From NCBI GenBank assembly GCA_965215885.1, contig CBDCEW010000100.1:32001-96000 (forward strand): DNA of 64,000 bases, written 5' to 3'. The position numbers and the translations under genes were made by a program. Source of the stretch: Candidatus Moanibacter sp. (lineage in GTDB: Bacteria > Verrucomicrobiota > Verrucomicrobiia > Opitutales > UBA2987). Below the pieces are notes generated by a model that was given only the letters and a program-made list of their open reading frames with translations, searched no databases and was not told the DNA's origin. Positions 1 to 9,269 of this stretch are shown in pieces. How positions within the stretch are numbered: position 1 is the first letter of the stretch; the number at the start of each line of letters is the position of its first letter.

Positions 1-804
1 GTGGCGGGGATGGAATCCCGGTTGCTCCAACATCTCGGAGTCGAGAAGGTATTGAGAGCGACGGGGCAAGTGTATCCCCGCAGCCTGGACTTTGAAGTTG
101 TCAGCGCGCTTTTTCAACTCTCCTGTGGACCGTCCAGTTTTGCCAAGAGCCTGAGATTGATGGCGGGGCATGAGTTAGCCAGCGAAGGGTTTTCCGAGGG
201 ACAGGTGGGTTCTTCGGTCATGCCTCACAAGATGAACAGTCGCAGCTGTGAAAGAATCAATGGCTTCAACAATATTCTGAGGGGGCACGTCGCGATGGCC
301 GCGAGCATATCGGGAGACCAGTGGAACGAGGGTGATGTGTCCTGTTCGGTGGTGCGTCGAGTGGTATTGGCGGATAGCTTCCTTACGATCGATGGACTCC
401 TCGATACATTCATTTCGGCGTTACTTAATTTGAAGGAGTTTCCCGCTTCAATCGAGCGCGAAAATAATCAGTACCTGCCGTTCCTTGCCACCACCACGGT
501 ATTGATGGAGGCGGTCAAGAACGGTGCAGGGCGAGAATTCGCACACGAGGTTGTCAGGGAGCACTCAATTCGAGTCCGGAAAGATCTGCTGGCGGGAAAG
601 ATCGCTGAAAATGATCTCCTGGAGCGCCTGGCGGCTGATTCACGACTGGGGCTGAACCGCACCCGGTTGCAGGAAATTGTCGACAGGGGAATTCGGTTGG
701 CGGGAACGGCATCGGTACAGGTCGACCATTTTATTAAAGATTCCTTATCCTGGAAGGAGCGTTTTCCGGAAGCTGAGAAATACCTGCCTGACGAGATTCT
801 TTAG
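1..804 (+). CDS. purB: Adenylosuccinate lyase, C-terminal part (5' end outside window)
   Basis: Fumarase/ASL superfamily signature GSSVMPHKMN, followed by a PurB-like C-terminus (SCSVVRRV, GREFAHEVVREH). Confidence 0.9.
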   Translation: MAGMESRLLQHLGVEKVLRATGQVYPRSLDFEVVSALFQLSCGPSSFAKSLRLMAGHELASEGFSEGQVGSSVMPHKMNSRSCERINGFNNILRGHVAMAASISGDQWNEGDVSCSVVRRVVLADSFLTIDGLLDTFISALLNLKEFPASIERENNQYLPFLATTTVLMEAVKNGAGREFAHEVVREHSIRVRKDLLAGKIAENDLLERLAADSRLGLNRTRLQEIVDRGIRLAGTASVQVDHFIKDSLSWKERFPEAEKYLPDEIL

Positions 805-866
805 GAATTAGGAATCTGTCGGCTTAGCCCTTCGACAAGACCGGGGCAGCCTCAGAAACGCTAAAC

Positions 867-2001
867 AGACCCCATTCGAAAAGCCTTTCGAGCGGGCGGT
901 TTAAGGTTCTCGCCACGGGCGGACCAGCCTATGGCTGGCAGGTTTCGGGTTTTAGGCTGCCGGCGCTGCCGATGAGCAGGTATTGAGCGGCCATCGGCGT
1001 GGCTTGCTGCACAATACGTATATTTGCCGCTGCCTGGAGGCATTCATCCCGTGGTGCTTTTTTCTCTGAGCTTCAAAGCGGTCAGATTCAGGCTGCCTGT
1101 TCCAGTTCCTCCCCCGGCGTTTCTTCAAGTATGATGCGGCAGAAGTTGTAGGCCAGAATCGAGCAGTTCATCGCCTACCGCATCGATGCCGCGGCGGCCG
1201 AGTTCGCCAAAGGCAAATCCATCTTTAATCGTGAACATCAGCGACTCCACTGCGGAGCATCGCGGCGTGCCTCGCGATACGCCTGCTCTCCCAGTCCTCG
1301 GGGGTGGTCAACTTCTTGCCCTTCGCGGTGCTTTAAGAGCACCTCCTTGCGTCCCTTCGCCGGCATATGTCAGGGCGAGAATTCGCACGAATCGCCGAGG
1401 TCAATGGAGTCAGGGTACGCAGGCTCGCTGCACCAGTTGTGGCTTGTACCCGATCGATTGCGGCTGTGTAGGCCGCCGGAAAGATCTGCTGGCGAGGAAA
1501 GATGCCCGCTCCGCGGCGAGTGAAAATCAAGATGGCTCAGTTCCCCCTGAGAGCGCCTGCGGGCGGCCTGTGTTTCTTCAGCTTGCCCTTCGACTTCGGT
1601 TTGCGCGGCCAGACAAATCTGAAACTCCAGCTTGCAGCCCGCCCAACCCATCCCTTGCGAAAATCCTCCAGCCCGAAGACAGGAAATTGTCGACAGCAGC
1701 TGGAAGGTGCTGTTCGGCTTTGGCTCCGGTTTATCAAAGAACTCGCGGGCATGACCAGGTACGTTCTCCAGGTCGTCACCATCAGTCCCCCGCTTGCAAA
1801 AATTAAGCTCATCGATCGCGCACAAACCGCCGTGCCCGTGGTACCCTCCTGGAAGGAGCCCCGTTTTCAGCAGCCGGATGTCCAGCTGCAGCCCTTCAAA
1901 GAATACCTGAAGTTTCTTCCTGCACGATCCTTCTCGATTCGATGATTTGCGGCGCGAAGGAATTAGGAACTCCGTGTCTGGAACCGGCTGTTCTAAGGGG
2001 G
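867..2001 (-). mobile_element. Deletion-riddled, mosaic copy of the IS at 27565-29485
   Basis: Starts with the same end (agaccccattcgaaaagcc) and follows the intact element collinearly with many deletions. Short purB fragments are interleaved. Flanked by a ~45 bp direct repeat (824-868 / 2002-2048). Confidence 0.85.
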
Positions 2002-2354
2002 CTTAGTCCCTTCGACAAGACCGGGGCAGCCTCAGAAACGCTAAACAGGTACAGCGGCAAAGCGGGGAGGGACTCAATCGAATCGAGTGAAAGTTTCGCC
2101 CAGTGGATCGTTATGGCATTTTTTGCTGGCCAACGGTTGCCGATTCGTTAAAGGGGCGGGTGAAGTTGTAACGGAGGCATTCCAAATGCACCTCGGTTTG
2201 CACCTTCTGCATTCCTCGTGAATGGAACGTGGCTACCGCGAGATGGTCTGAGGAGTTTCGGCGGCCCGGCCAAAGGCGAGGAAGAATTGAATTGCTTTTC
2301 TCGCTCGTTGTATATCTTTTGTTTCCATTTTTCTAATCGATTGATGCTCCATTC

Positions 2355-3620
2355 ATGGCCGAAGAACTTGCAGGAAATTGTTTAACAGCACAATCTGGAG
2401 GACCAACATCCGTCATAAACGCAAGTTTGGCTGGTGTCATTACGGAAGCGCTAAACCACGAGTGCATCGAAGAGATTTATGGTGGGCTTAACGGCATCCT
2501 CGGGATTCTAAACGAAGATCTTGTCGATCTTGCGTCAGAATCACAGCAGACGATACGTGGCTTGCGCTACACACCCTCTTCCGCACTGGGAACCTCCCGG
2601 TACAAGCTAAAAAGGTCCCAGGATTTCGAGCGCGTTTTGCAGGTCTTTGAAGCCCACAATATACACTTTTTCTTTTATATCGGAGGAAACGACTCACAGG
2701 ATACGGCGGACAAGATATCTAAACTCGCCCAGGAGCGGGGTTATTCTCTGCGCGTGATCGGTATACCGAAGACGGTCGACAACGATCTTGTCTCTACAGA
2801 TCACTGTCCGGGTTATGGGAGTGTGGCAAAATATGTGGCAACGACGGTGCGTGAAATGGCCTGCGATAATGTCGGAATGGGGCAGGGCGATCTCGTTTCC
2901 ATTCTGGAAGTAATGGGAAGAAATGCGGGTTGGATCGCTGCCGCGACCTCTCTGGCGAAGCGCCGTGATCGACCAAGCGATCCCCCACATCTCATTTACT
3001 TGCCGGAGGTCGCTTTCTCCCCGGAGAAGTATATTGAGGATGTGCGGCGTGTCCTGGGTAAGGAGCGGTATTGCTTTGTCGTTGTGGGCGAAGGCCTAGT
3101 GGACAAAGACGGAAATTACGTGGCCACCTCAAGTGGTCAAATTGACGCGTTCGGACACGCTCAGCTAGGCGGAGCCGGTGAGTATCTAAGGGGTTTGGCT
3201 GAACAGAATTTAGGTGTGAGGGCACGCGCCGCCAAACTCGGTATCGGGCAGCGAGCCGCCGCTCACTGTTCTTCCCAAACCGACAACGATGAAGCCTTTC
3301 TCGCCGGGCAGGCGGCAGTGAGAGCCGCCGTGGTGGAGTGTTTAACCGATAAGATGGTAACGCTCCTTCGCGGTGACGGCGATCAATACACTAGCGAAAG
3401 CGGTCTTTGCGATCTAAGTGAAATCGCAAATGGGGTAAAAATGGTTCCTGAAAGTTGGATAAATGATGACGGCGTGAGCCTGAATTTCCAGTTTTTCAAG
3501 TACGCCCTTCCTCTCATTCAGGGTGAGGTGAATGTGCCTTTCGAGAATGGGATACCCAAATATGCCTCACTGGACAAGATCCGGGTGGAGCGATTGTTAC
3601 GGGCCCATTCCTTCGAATAG
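2355..3620 (+). CDS. pfp: 6-phosphofructokinase, probably pyrophosphate-dependent
   Basis: AQSGGPT N-terminus, GGNDS and PKTVDND motifs (the Asp/Lys pattern typical of PPi-dependent enzymes), MGR motif. Confidence 0.85.
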   Translation: MAEELAGNCLTAQSGGPTSVINASLAGVITEALNHECIEEIYGGLNGILGILNEDLVDLASESQQTIRGLRYTPSSALGTSRYKLKRSQDFERVLQVFEAHNIHFFFYIGGNDSQDTADKISKLAQERGYSLRVIGIPKTVDNDLVSTDHCPGYGSVAKYVATTVREMACDNVGMGQGDLVSILEVMGRNAGWIAAATSLAKRRDRPSDPPHLIYLPEVAFSPEKYIEDVRRVLGKERYCFVVVGEGLVDKDGNYVATSSGQIDAFGHAQLGGAGEYLRGLAEQNLGVRARAAKLGIGQRAAAHCSSQTDNDEAFLAGQAAVRAAVVECLTDKMVTLLRGDGDQYTSESGLCDLSEIANGVKMVPESWINDDGVSLNFQFFKYALPLIQGEVNVPFENGIPKYASLDKIRVERLLRAHSFE

Positions 3621-3677
3621 CCCGCTTTTCGTTGCCGGCTCTGCCCTAGTACGTGTTTAGCGTCATGCCTTCGATTC

Positions 3678-3835
3678 CTAGCCCGGACATTTCACACACT
3701 TCGTAGCGAGACGGCGTAGATCGCTGCGTGTCAATGCCTTTCCGAAGCACGGCGGGCGACAGTGTGTTAAGACCCTCTGAGGTCGTCCCGGCACGCCGGG
3801 ATCGTAGCAGAAGATTTGTGAAATGTTCGGGCTAG
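3678..3835. mobile_element. MITE-like hairpin repeat, family A (internally shortened copy)
   Basis: CTAG-cccggacatttcac ... gtgaaatgttcggg-CTAG termini; homologous to copies at 13898, 21907, 41592 and 61430. Confidence 0.85.
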
Positions 3836-5415
3836 CCGGCCGAGATCGTTTGGTAGGCTCGGGCCAGGCTGTCCTTTAATTGTCCGATCAAGATCGGTTT
3901 CGCAATGTAGTCATTCATTCCCGCATCGAGACATTTCTCCCGATCGTTCTTGGAGGCGTAGGCGGTGATCGCGATCAGGTAGATAGCGCTATGCTCCTGC
4001 CCGCATTGTCCATCACGAATGCGGCGAGCCACTTCGAGCCCGTCCATATTCTGCATCTGGATATCGAGGAGGATAAGATTGTAGGCTTTCTCCTTGAGTC
4101 TATCGATCACACCGAGTCCGTCTTCAGCGAGGTCGGATGTGTAGCCGAGCCGAGCGAGGATTTCGCCAATAAGCTTCTGATTGGCCGGTTCATCTTCAGC
4201 CACGAGAATGCTAAGGGGCGCATTCTCCGCAAATTCGTGGTCCACTTGATTATCCATCGCATATTCGGAGACGGCCTCCTTTTCACCGGCTCCAGGTAAG
4301 TCCACTTTGAAATGAAACGTGGAGCCGATATCGGCTTCACTTTCAACCCAGATCTCACCGCCCATTATCTCGATGAGGCGTTTGCAGATCACGAGGCCCA
4401 GGCCGGTACCGCCAAAGCGGCGGGTGGTTGAGGTATCGACTTGTGAAAAAGGAATAAAGAGGCGATCAAAATTCTCCTTCGGGATGCCGATGCCTGTATC
4501 CTTCACGGCAAAAGCAACCGTCCAAAGATTATCCGCTGTTTCCTTGGATTCGATATTGACCTGAACTTCACCTTGTCCGGTGAATTTGATGGCATTGTTA
4601 ACCAGATTTAGAAGGACCTGACGGAGCCGGTGCGGATCGCCCAGATAAAAGCCATTCGATGGGTCTTCGATATTGAATTTTAGCTCTATCTTCTTCTCGT
4701 TTGCCTTTACCAGGACGAGCTCCAGTGCCTCGAGGACGGTGTGTTCAAGATTAAAGGGAGTCGATTCAAGTTCGATACCATGGGATTCGATTTTTGAGTA
4801 ATCGAGGATGTTGTTTATGAGATCGAGGAGATTCTTACCGCTGCGGTTGATGATCTGGAGATGCTCATGTTGGGTCTCATCAATTTCGCTTTGTGCCATG
4901 AGATCGGCAAAGCCAAGAATTGCGTTTAACGGGGTGCGGATCTCATGACTCATCATGGCGAGAAAATCGGACTTCATACGGTCGGCTTTTTCCAGTCTCA
5001 GGTTTGCCTTTTCGAGCGCGGCCTGGTGTTTGATAATCTCGTCTTCAGCATGCTTGATGCGTTGGACGACGCGGACTTTAGCGATCAGAATCTCCTCGTC
5101 GACGGGTTTGGTCAGGTAGTCGAAGGCGCCGAGTTCGAGTCCCTTTGCGATACGGTCGGGATCCCGATAACGCGCGGAGAGAAAGATCACCGGGATGTCT
5201 TTTGTCTGCTCATCCGCGATCAGAACTTCCAGGGTTTCAAAGCCATTCATTTCCGGCATTTGGACATCGAGGAGGATGAGGTCCGGGTGTTCTTCTTTGG
5301 CGAGTTTGATAGCCTCTGCTCCCGAGGTCGCGTCCATGACCTCACATACTTCTTCGAGCATGTCGTGGACGAGGTCGAGGTTGTCGCTATTGTCATCTAC
5401 GGATAGTACTTTCAT
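3832..5415 (-). CDS. Cytoplasmic hybrid histidine kinase/response regulator (REC-HisKA-HATPase-REC)
   Basis: N-terminal REC (VDD, LLDVQMP), SHEIRTPLNA H-box, N/G1/F/G2 boxes, C-terminal REC (LLDIQM); no TM segments. Confidence 0.9.
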   Translation of the reverse strand: MKVLSVDDNSDNLDLVHDMLEEVCEVMDATSGAEAIKLAKEEHPDLILLDVQMPEMNGFETLEVLIADEQTKDIPVIFLSARYRDPDRIAKGLELGAFDYLTKPVDEEILIAKVRVVQRIKHAEDEIIKHQAALEKANLRLEKADRMKSDFLAMMSHEIRTPLNAILGFADLMAQSEIDETQHEHLQIINRSGKNLLDLINNILDYSKIESHGIELESTPFNLEHTVLEALELVLVKANEKKIELKFNIEDPSNGFYLGDPHRLRQVLLNLVNNAIKFTGQGEVQVNIESKETADNLWTVAFAVKDTGIGIPKENFDRLFIPFSQVDTSTTRRFGGTGLGLVICKRLIEIMGGEIWVESEADIGSTFHFKVDLPGAGEKEAVSEYAMDNQVDHEFAENAPLSILVAEDEPANQKLIGEILARLGYTSDLAEDGLGVIDRLKEKAYNLILLDIQMQNMDGLEVARRIRDGQCGQEHSAIYLIAITAYASKNDREKCLDAGMNDYIAKPILIGQLKDSLARAYQTISAG

Positions 5416-5419
5416 AGAC

Positions 5420-5497
5420 TGGCGTCCCGTAGGGGAGTTGAACCCCTGTTTCAGGGATGAGAACCCTGCGTCCTGGGCCTGGCTAGACGAACGGGAC
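5420..5497 (-). tRNA. tRNA-Glu (CTC)
   Basis: Cloverleaf: acceptor GTCCCGT/ACGGGAC, anticodon arm CAGGG-TTCTCAT-CCCTG, GGTTCAACTCC T-arm, encoded CCA. Confidence 0.95.
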
Positions 5498-5632
5498 TGT
5501 GATGTTTCTAATCGTTATAAATGCGAAATTACCCCGCCGCACTCTCCTTGTCAACGTGGTGAAGAGAACCCCGGAATTAGCCCGAAGATTTCCTAGCGCA
5601 GCGTTCCTCTGTCAGATCTAATTCTCTAAATA

Positions 5633-7924
5633 TCATAGCTTTTCGGAGGCGGTTTCGCCGGAGTCCGGAAATCTGTGAGATCTCCGGACCAGGAGGCCGG
5701 CCAGGACGGTGAGATCGTTTGTCGGCAGCTGACAGACATAGTTCTCACAGACAAAAGCTGTAGTTAGGCCGTCAATCGGTGCGATCGATTCAAATATCTC
5801 CAGATTCTTCCGAAGGAACTTCTGTCCCACACCACCGTCAGCGAGCAGGATAATCTTGTTTGGGATATAGTGGCGATATACCTCCTGTAACATTCGCAGG
5901 GTCTGCTGATCCTCCCGGTCGCCCGCGATGATGATCTGTTTAGTGCTGTCCCGAAAGAAATCAAAGGCCACGACCAGCTGAGGCATGCTGAACGGTGCCT
6001 GGGAAAGCGTTTTGCTGAAGGCTTTGAGGGTTCGTTCCCCGTTTTGATTGTAGGAGGCAATGCCAGTCATTTCGGCGAGTCGAAAAAGGTTAAGTGCCGC
6101 AATTGAATTGGGCGAGGGTTCCGAACCGTCGTAGCTGTCTTTCAAACGCAGAAGAATAGAAGGATCTGTTCCCGTGTCGGCGAAGTAACCACCCCTCTCC
6201 TGATCGAGAAATTGGCTGTCTTGAGAATTCTGTAGTTTGATAGCGAGGTCGAGCCAGTGAAAATCCAAGGAGCTCTCGTAAAGATCGAGGAGACCGTGGA
6301 TGAGGAAAGCGTAATCCTGACAGAATCCGGGAATATCGCTCGGGCCGACTCGATAACTGCGGAACAGAGTAGCGCTCTCGGGCCGGTACAGGTTACTCTC
6401 GATGAAAGCGGCCGCTCGCTCCGCCCGATACAGGTATTTCGGCTCCCGTAAAATCTGTGAGGCACGAGCGTATGCGGAAATCATGAGACCGTTCCAAGCC
6501 GTGATAACCTTATCATCCAGAGCTGGACGGTGACGCTTTTGTCTTGCAAACAGAAGCTTACGTTTAGCGCTTGCCAGAACCTCGGCGGCTCTCTCGGGCG
6601 GGAGACCGGCGTGCTTTGCGGATTCATAAAGAGAGGCTCTCTCTATGAGCACATTGTAGCCGATGAATTCGTGGTGTGGATCGCTCTCCCGCGAAACATT
6701 GCCAATCGATTCGACACCATACCGATGGTTAAATACCCGGGCCTCTTCTTCATCCAGGAGCTTGCTTATCTCCTCCTTTTTCCAGATGTAAAAGGCGCCT
6801 TCTCGTTTCTCCTTCCCGCCCGCGTCCGCAATACTGTCTGCGTCTTCCGCGGAGAAGAATCCCCCGGCGGGTCGGCTCAGATCGCGAATTACATACTCGA
6901 GAATATCCGTCGCTGTTTCGGCATACAGGACGTCTTCGGTGATCTGGTATGCATCCAGGTAGGCGTTTGCCAGTTGCGCCTGATCGTAAAGCATCTTTTC
7001 GAAATGCGGGACGTGCCACCAACGGTCTACAGAGTAGCGGTGGAAGCCTCCTCCCAAATGATCGTGCACCCCACCCCTGGCCATCTTTCGCAAAGTAAAT
7101 AGCGCCATTTCGCGTGCTTTCTTCCCCTCTTTGCTCGCGCTCTCCTTCCAGTCTGAATAGTGAAAGAGGAAGGCCAGAGTGACCGGTCTGGGAAACTTGG
7201 GTTGAGGGCTGAAACCGCCCTCCTCGGGGTCGAAGGCTGCCGAAACCTGCCGGAAAGTTCCCGCCAGTATTTCGGGGCTCAACTCAGTCCGCTCCACGTC
7301 GGTCGCATTGAGGGCGGTTTCGAGGTATTTAATAATCTCGCTGCTTTGCGCATCGAGCTCATCACGGTTTTCCTTCCACATCTTTGCTATTCGCCCCACC
7401 ATATCGGGAAAGCCGGGTCTCCCCCGCATGCTCGCGGGCGGAAAATAGGTGCCGCCGACGACCGGCTTCAGGTCCGGTGTAAGCCAGACGTTCAATGGCC
7501 ATCCACCGCTCCCTGTCGTCGCCTGAACGAACTGCATGTATACGCGGTCGACATCCGGACGTTCTTCGCGGTCCACTTTAATGCTGACAAGATGCTCATT
7601 CATGAGAGAGGCGATCTCGGGATCATTGAACGACTCTCTTTCCATCACATGGCACCAGTGGCAGGTAGAATAACCGATCGAAAGAAAGATCATCTTTCCC
7701 TCAGCCCTCGCCTTCGAAAAAGCTTCCTCGCCCCAGGGATACCAGTCCACCGGATTGTAGGCGTGCTGCAGCAGATAGGGTGAGGTCTGGTTGAAAAGCC
7801 GGTTGGGCGAGCGTCCGCTCGCTTCCTCCTCACTGCCCGCAGCGATAGTGAAAGTGGAGAAGAGGGCGAGGCCGCCGATTCGAATTAGCCCGCTTTTCTT
7901 ACAGATTTCCGAGAGCACTTTCAC
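5633..7924 (-). CDS. YyaL/SSP411-like thioredoxin-domain protein (DUF255 plus six-hairpin glycosidase-like)
   Basis: [49 protein letters not shown] motifs. Confidence 0.9.
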   Translation of the reverse strand: MKVLSEICKKSGLIRIGGLALFSTFTIAAGSEEEASGRSPNRLFNQTSPYLLQHAYNPVDWYPWGEEAFSKARAEGKMIFLSIGYSTCHWCHVMERESFNDPEIASLMNEHLVSIKVDREERPDVDRVYMQFVQATTGSGGWPLNVWLTPDLKPVVGGTYFPPASMRGRPGFPDMVGRIAKMWKENRDELDAQSSEIIKYLETALNATDVERTELSPEILAGTFRQVSAAFDPEEGGFSPQPKFPRPVTLAFLFHYSDWKESASKEGKKAREMALFTLRKMARGGVHDHLGGGFHRYSVDRWWHVPHFEKMLYDQAQLANAYLDAYQITEDVLYAETATDILEYVIRDLSRPAGGFFSAEDADSIADAGGKEKREGAFYIWKKEEISKLLDEEEARVFNHRYGVESIGNVSRESDPHHEFIGYNVLIERASLYESAKHAGLPPERAAEVLASAKRKLLFARQKRHRPALDDKVITAWNGLMISAYARASQILREPKYLYRAERAAAFIESNLYRPESATLFRSYRVGPSDIPGFCQDYAFLIHGLLDLYESSLDFHWLDLAIKLQNSQDSQFLDQERGGYFADTGTDPSILLRLKDSYDGSEPSPNSIAALNLFRLAEMTGIASYNQNGERTLKAFSKTLSQAPFSMPQLVVAFDFFRDSTKQIIIAGDREDQQTLRMLQEVYRHYIPNKIILLADGGVGQKFLRKNLEIFESIAPIDGLTTAFVCENYVCQLPTNDLTVLAGLLVRRSHRFPDSGETASEKL

Positions 7925-8121
7925 GACAGAAGGTTCCTATTGACACTCTTCCGTAGAGCAGAGCTGGCCAGGAAAAGCGGGCTAATTCGGCTGAAAATGG
8001 AGTGGGCCATGACTTTTCGGTGATTGAGGCAATGGAGATTAGAAGCTGCGGAAGTCGGGAACGTAAGTCTTTAGCCCGACAGATTCCTGATTCGATATTT
8101 GCGTGTCCAGATAAAGAAAAC

Positions 8122-8199
8122 TGGCGTCCCGTAGGGGATTTGAACCCCTGTTACAGGGATGAAAACCCTGTGTCCTGGACCTGGCTAGACGAACGGGAC
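8122..8199 (-). tRNA. tRNA-Glu (TTC)
   Basis: Cloverleaf nearly identical to 5420-5497; anticodon loop TTTTCAT; encoded CCA. Confidence 0.95.
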
Positions 8200-8378
8200 G
8201 CGTCGAAAATGAGACCCAGAAACTATGTGGAGGAATGTTGCGGGCAAGACTTTTTTGAGGGAAATTGAATTCGGGTTAGGTGCCACGGATTGGGCCTTAG
8301 CAGTCTCAGGCTGCGCGCTTGACATGAAGATGGGAACCGTATTGCTTTCAACCTTTTCTTTCAAAGAAAGGAAGAAGA

Positions 8379-8513
8379 ATGAAGCCTACCTATAGACCGT
8401 CAAAAGTTCGACGAAAGCGAAAGATCGGATTTCGGGCCCGCATATCGACGCGAGGAGGGCGTAAGATACTGGCGAATCGTCGCAGGAAAGGACGCGAGAA
8501 ACTCTCGGCCTGA
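8379..8513 (+). CDS. rpmH: 50S ribosomal protein L34 (not in ORF track)
   Basis: Manual translation [44 protein letters not shown]; lies directly upstream of rnpA. Confidence 0.95.
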   Translation: MKPTYRPSKVRRKRKIGFRARISTRGGRKILANRRRKGREKLSA

Positions 8514-8530
8514 AGTCCCCATATTCTATC

Positions 8531-8899
8531 ATGTACCAGCGTTTGACCGCTCGGCAGCGCCTCCGCCGAGGGGAAGATTTTGCCGCCGTGCGAAGGACAG
8601 GCGGGCGAATGGATTGCGGTCCATTCCGGCTATTTGTATTGGTATTCCCCCCTGCTTCCGGGAGTGCTCCCCTACGCCGATTGGGTGTCGTTGCCTCTCG
8701 CAGGGTCGGGGGCGCCGTTAAAAGGAATCGGGCCAAGCGGTTGTTCCGCGAGATTTTTCGGAACAATCAGGAGCTGTTGCCACCGCGTGCCGACGTGGTC
8801 ATGGTGGCGCTCCGTGAATTCGATCGGTACCCCTATCATGAGATTCTAGTTCGCTACATTCGGGCCTGCCGGCGGCTTGCACCGCTTTCCCTTCATTGA
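8531..8899 (+). CDS. rnpA: Ribonuclease P protein component
   Basis: RLGVVASRRVGGAVKRNRAKR (RNR motif); synteny with rpmH. Confidence 0.95.
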   Translation: MYQRLTARQRLRRGEDFAAVRRTGGRMDCGPFRLFVLVFPPASGSAPLRRLGVVASRRVGGAVKRNRAKRLFREIFRNNQELLPPRADVVMVALREFDRYPYHEILVRYIRACRRLAPLSLH

Positions 8900-8901
8900 G
8901 A

Positions 8902-9204
8902 ATGAGAGGTAAAAACAGCTTGCAGGGGTGGAGGTCGTTCCCGGGAAAATTAGCCGCTCAAATCGTCAGGGTATATCAGACTGTCGTTTCGCCCCTTAAA
9001 ACGGTCGTATGGGGGCCGCTCGCCTCTTGCCGCTTCTATCCAACTTGCTCTGAGTATGCGATTATCGCTCTGAGGCGCCATGGGCTGGTGGAGGGCGGAA
9101 GTATGGCATTGAGGCGAGTCCTGCGTTGTCATCCTTTCAATCCCGGGGGGTATGATCCCGTAGCGCCTGTCGAGGGAGAGCGGGAAGAGGTATCGAATCG
9201 TTAG
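8902..9204 (+). CDS. yidD: Membrane protein insertion efficiency factor
   Basis: CRFYPTCSEY and RCHPFNPGGYDP motifs; located between rnpA and yidC. Confidence 0.92.
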   Translation: MRGKNSLQGWRSFPGKLAAQIVRVYQTVVSPLKTVVWGPLASCRFYPTCSEYAIIALRRHGLVEGGSMALRRVLRCHPFNPGGYDPVAPVEGEREEVSNR

Positions 9205-9269
9205 TCCGCTTATTTCACAGAATAAGCGGACTATAAAGCGAAACCGATTTGTAATTTGTATTAGCGCAA

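Noticed and set aside
861..2151. ORFs in the mosaic IS region as genes
   Set aside because: They are chance frames across scrambled IS and purB sequence
5420..8199. Two tRNA-Glu copies as attL/attR of an integrated element
   Set aside because: Both are complete tRNAs with different anticodons, no integrase is present, and the enclosed gene is a common housekeeping-type gene
8200..8378. oriC/dnaA region upstream of rpmH
   Set aside because: No dnaA gene and no cluster of TTATCCACA boxes seen
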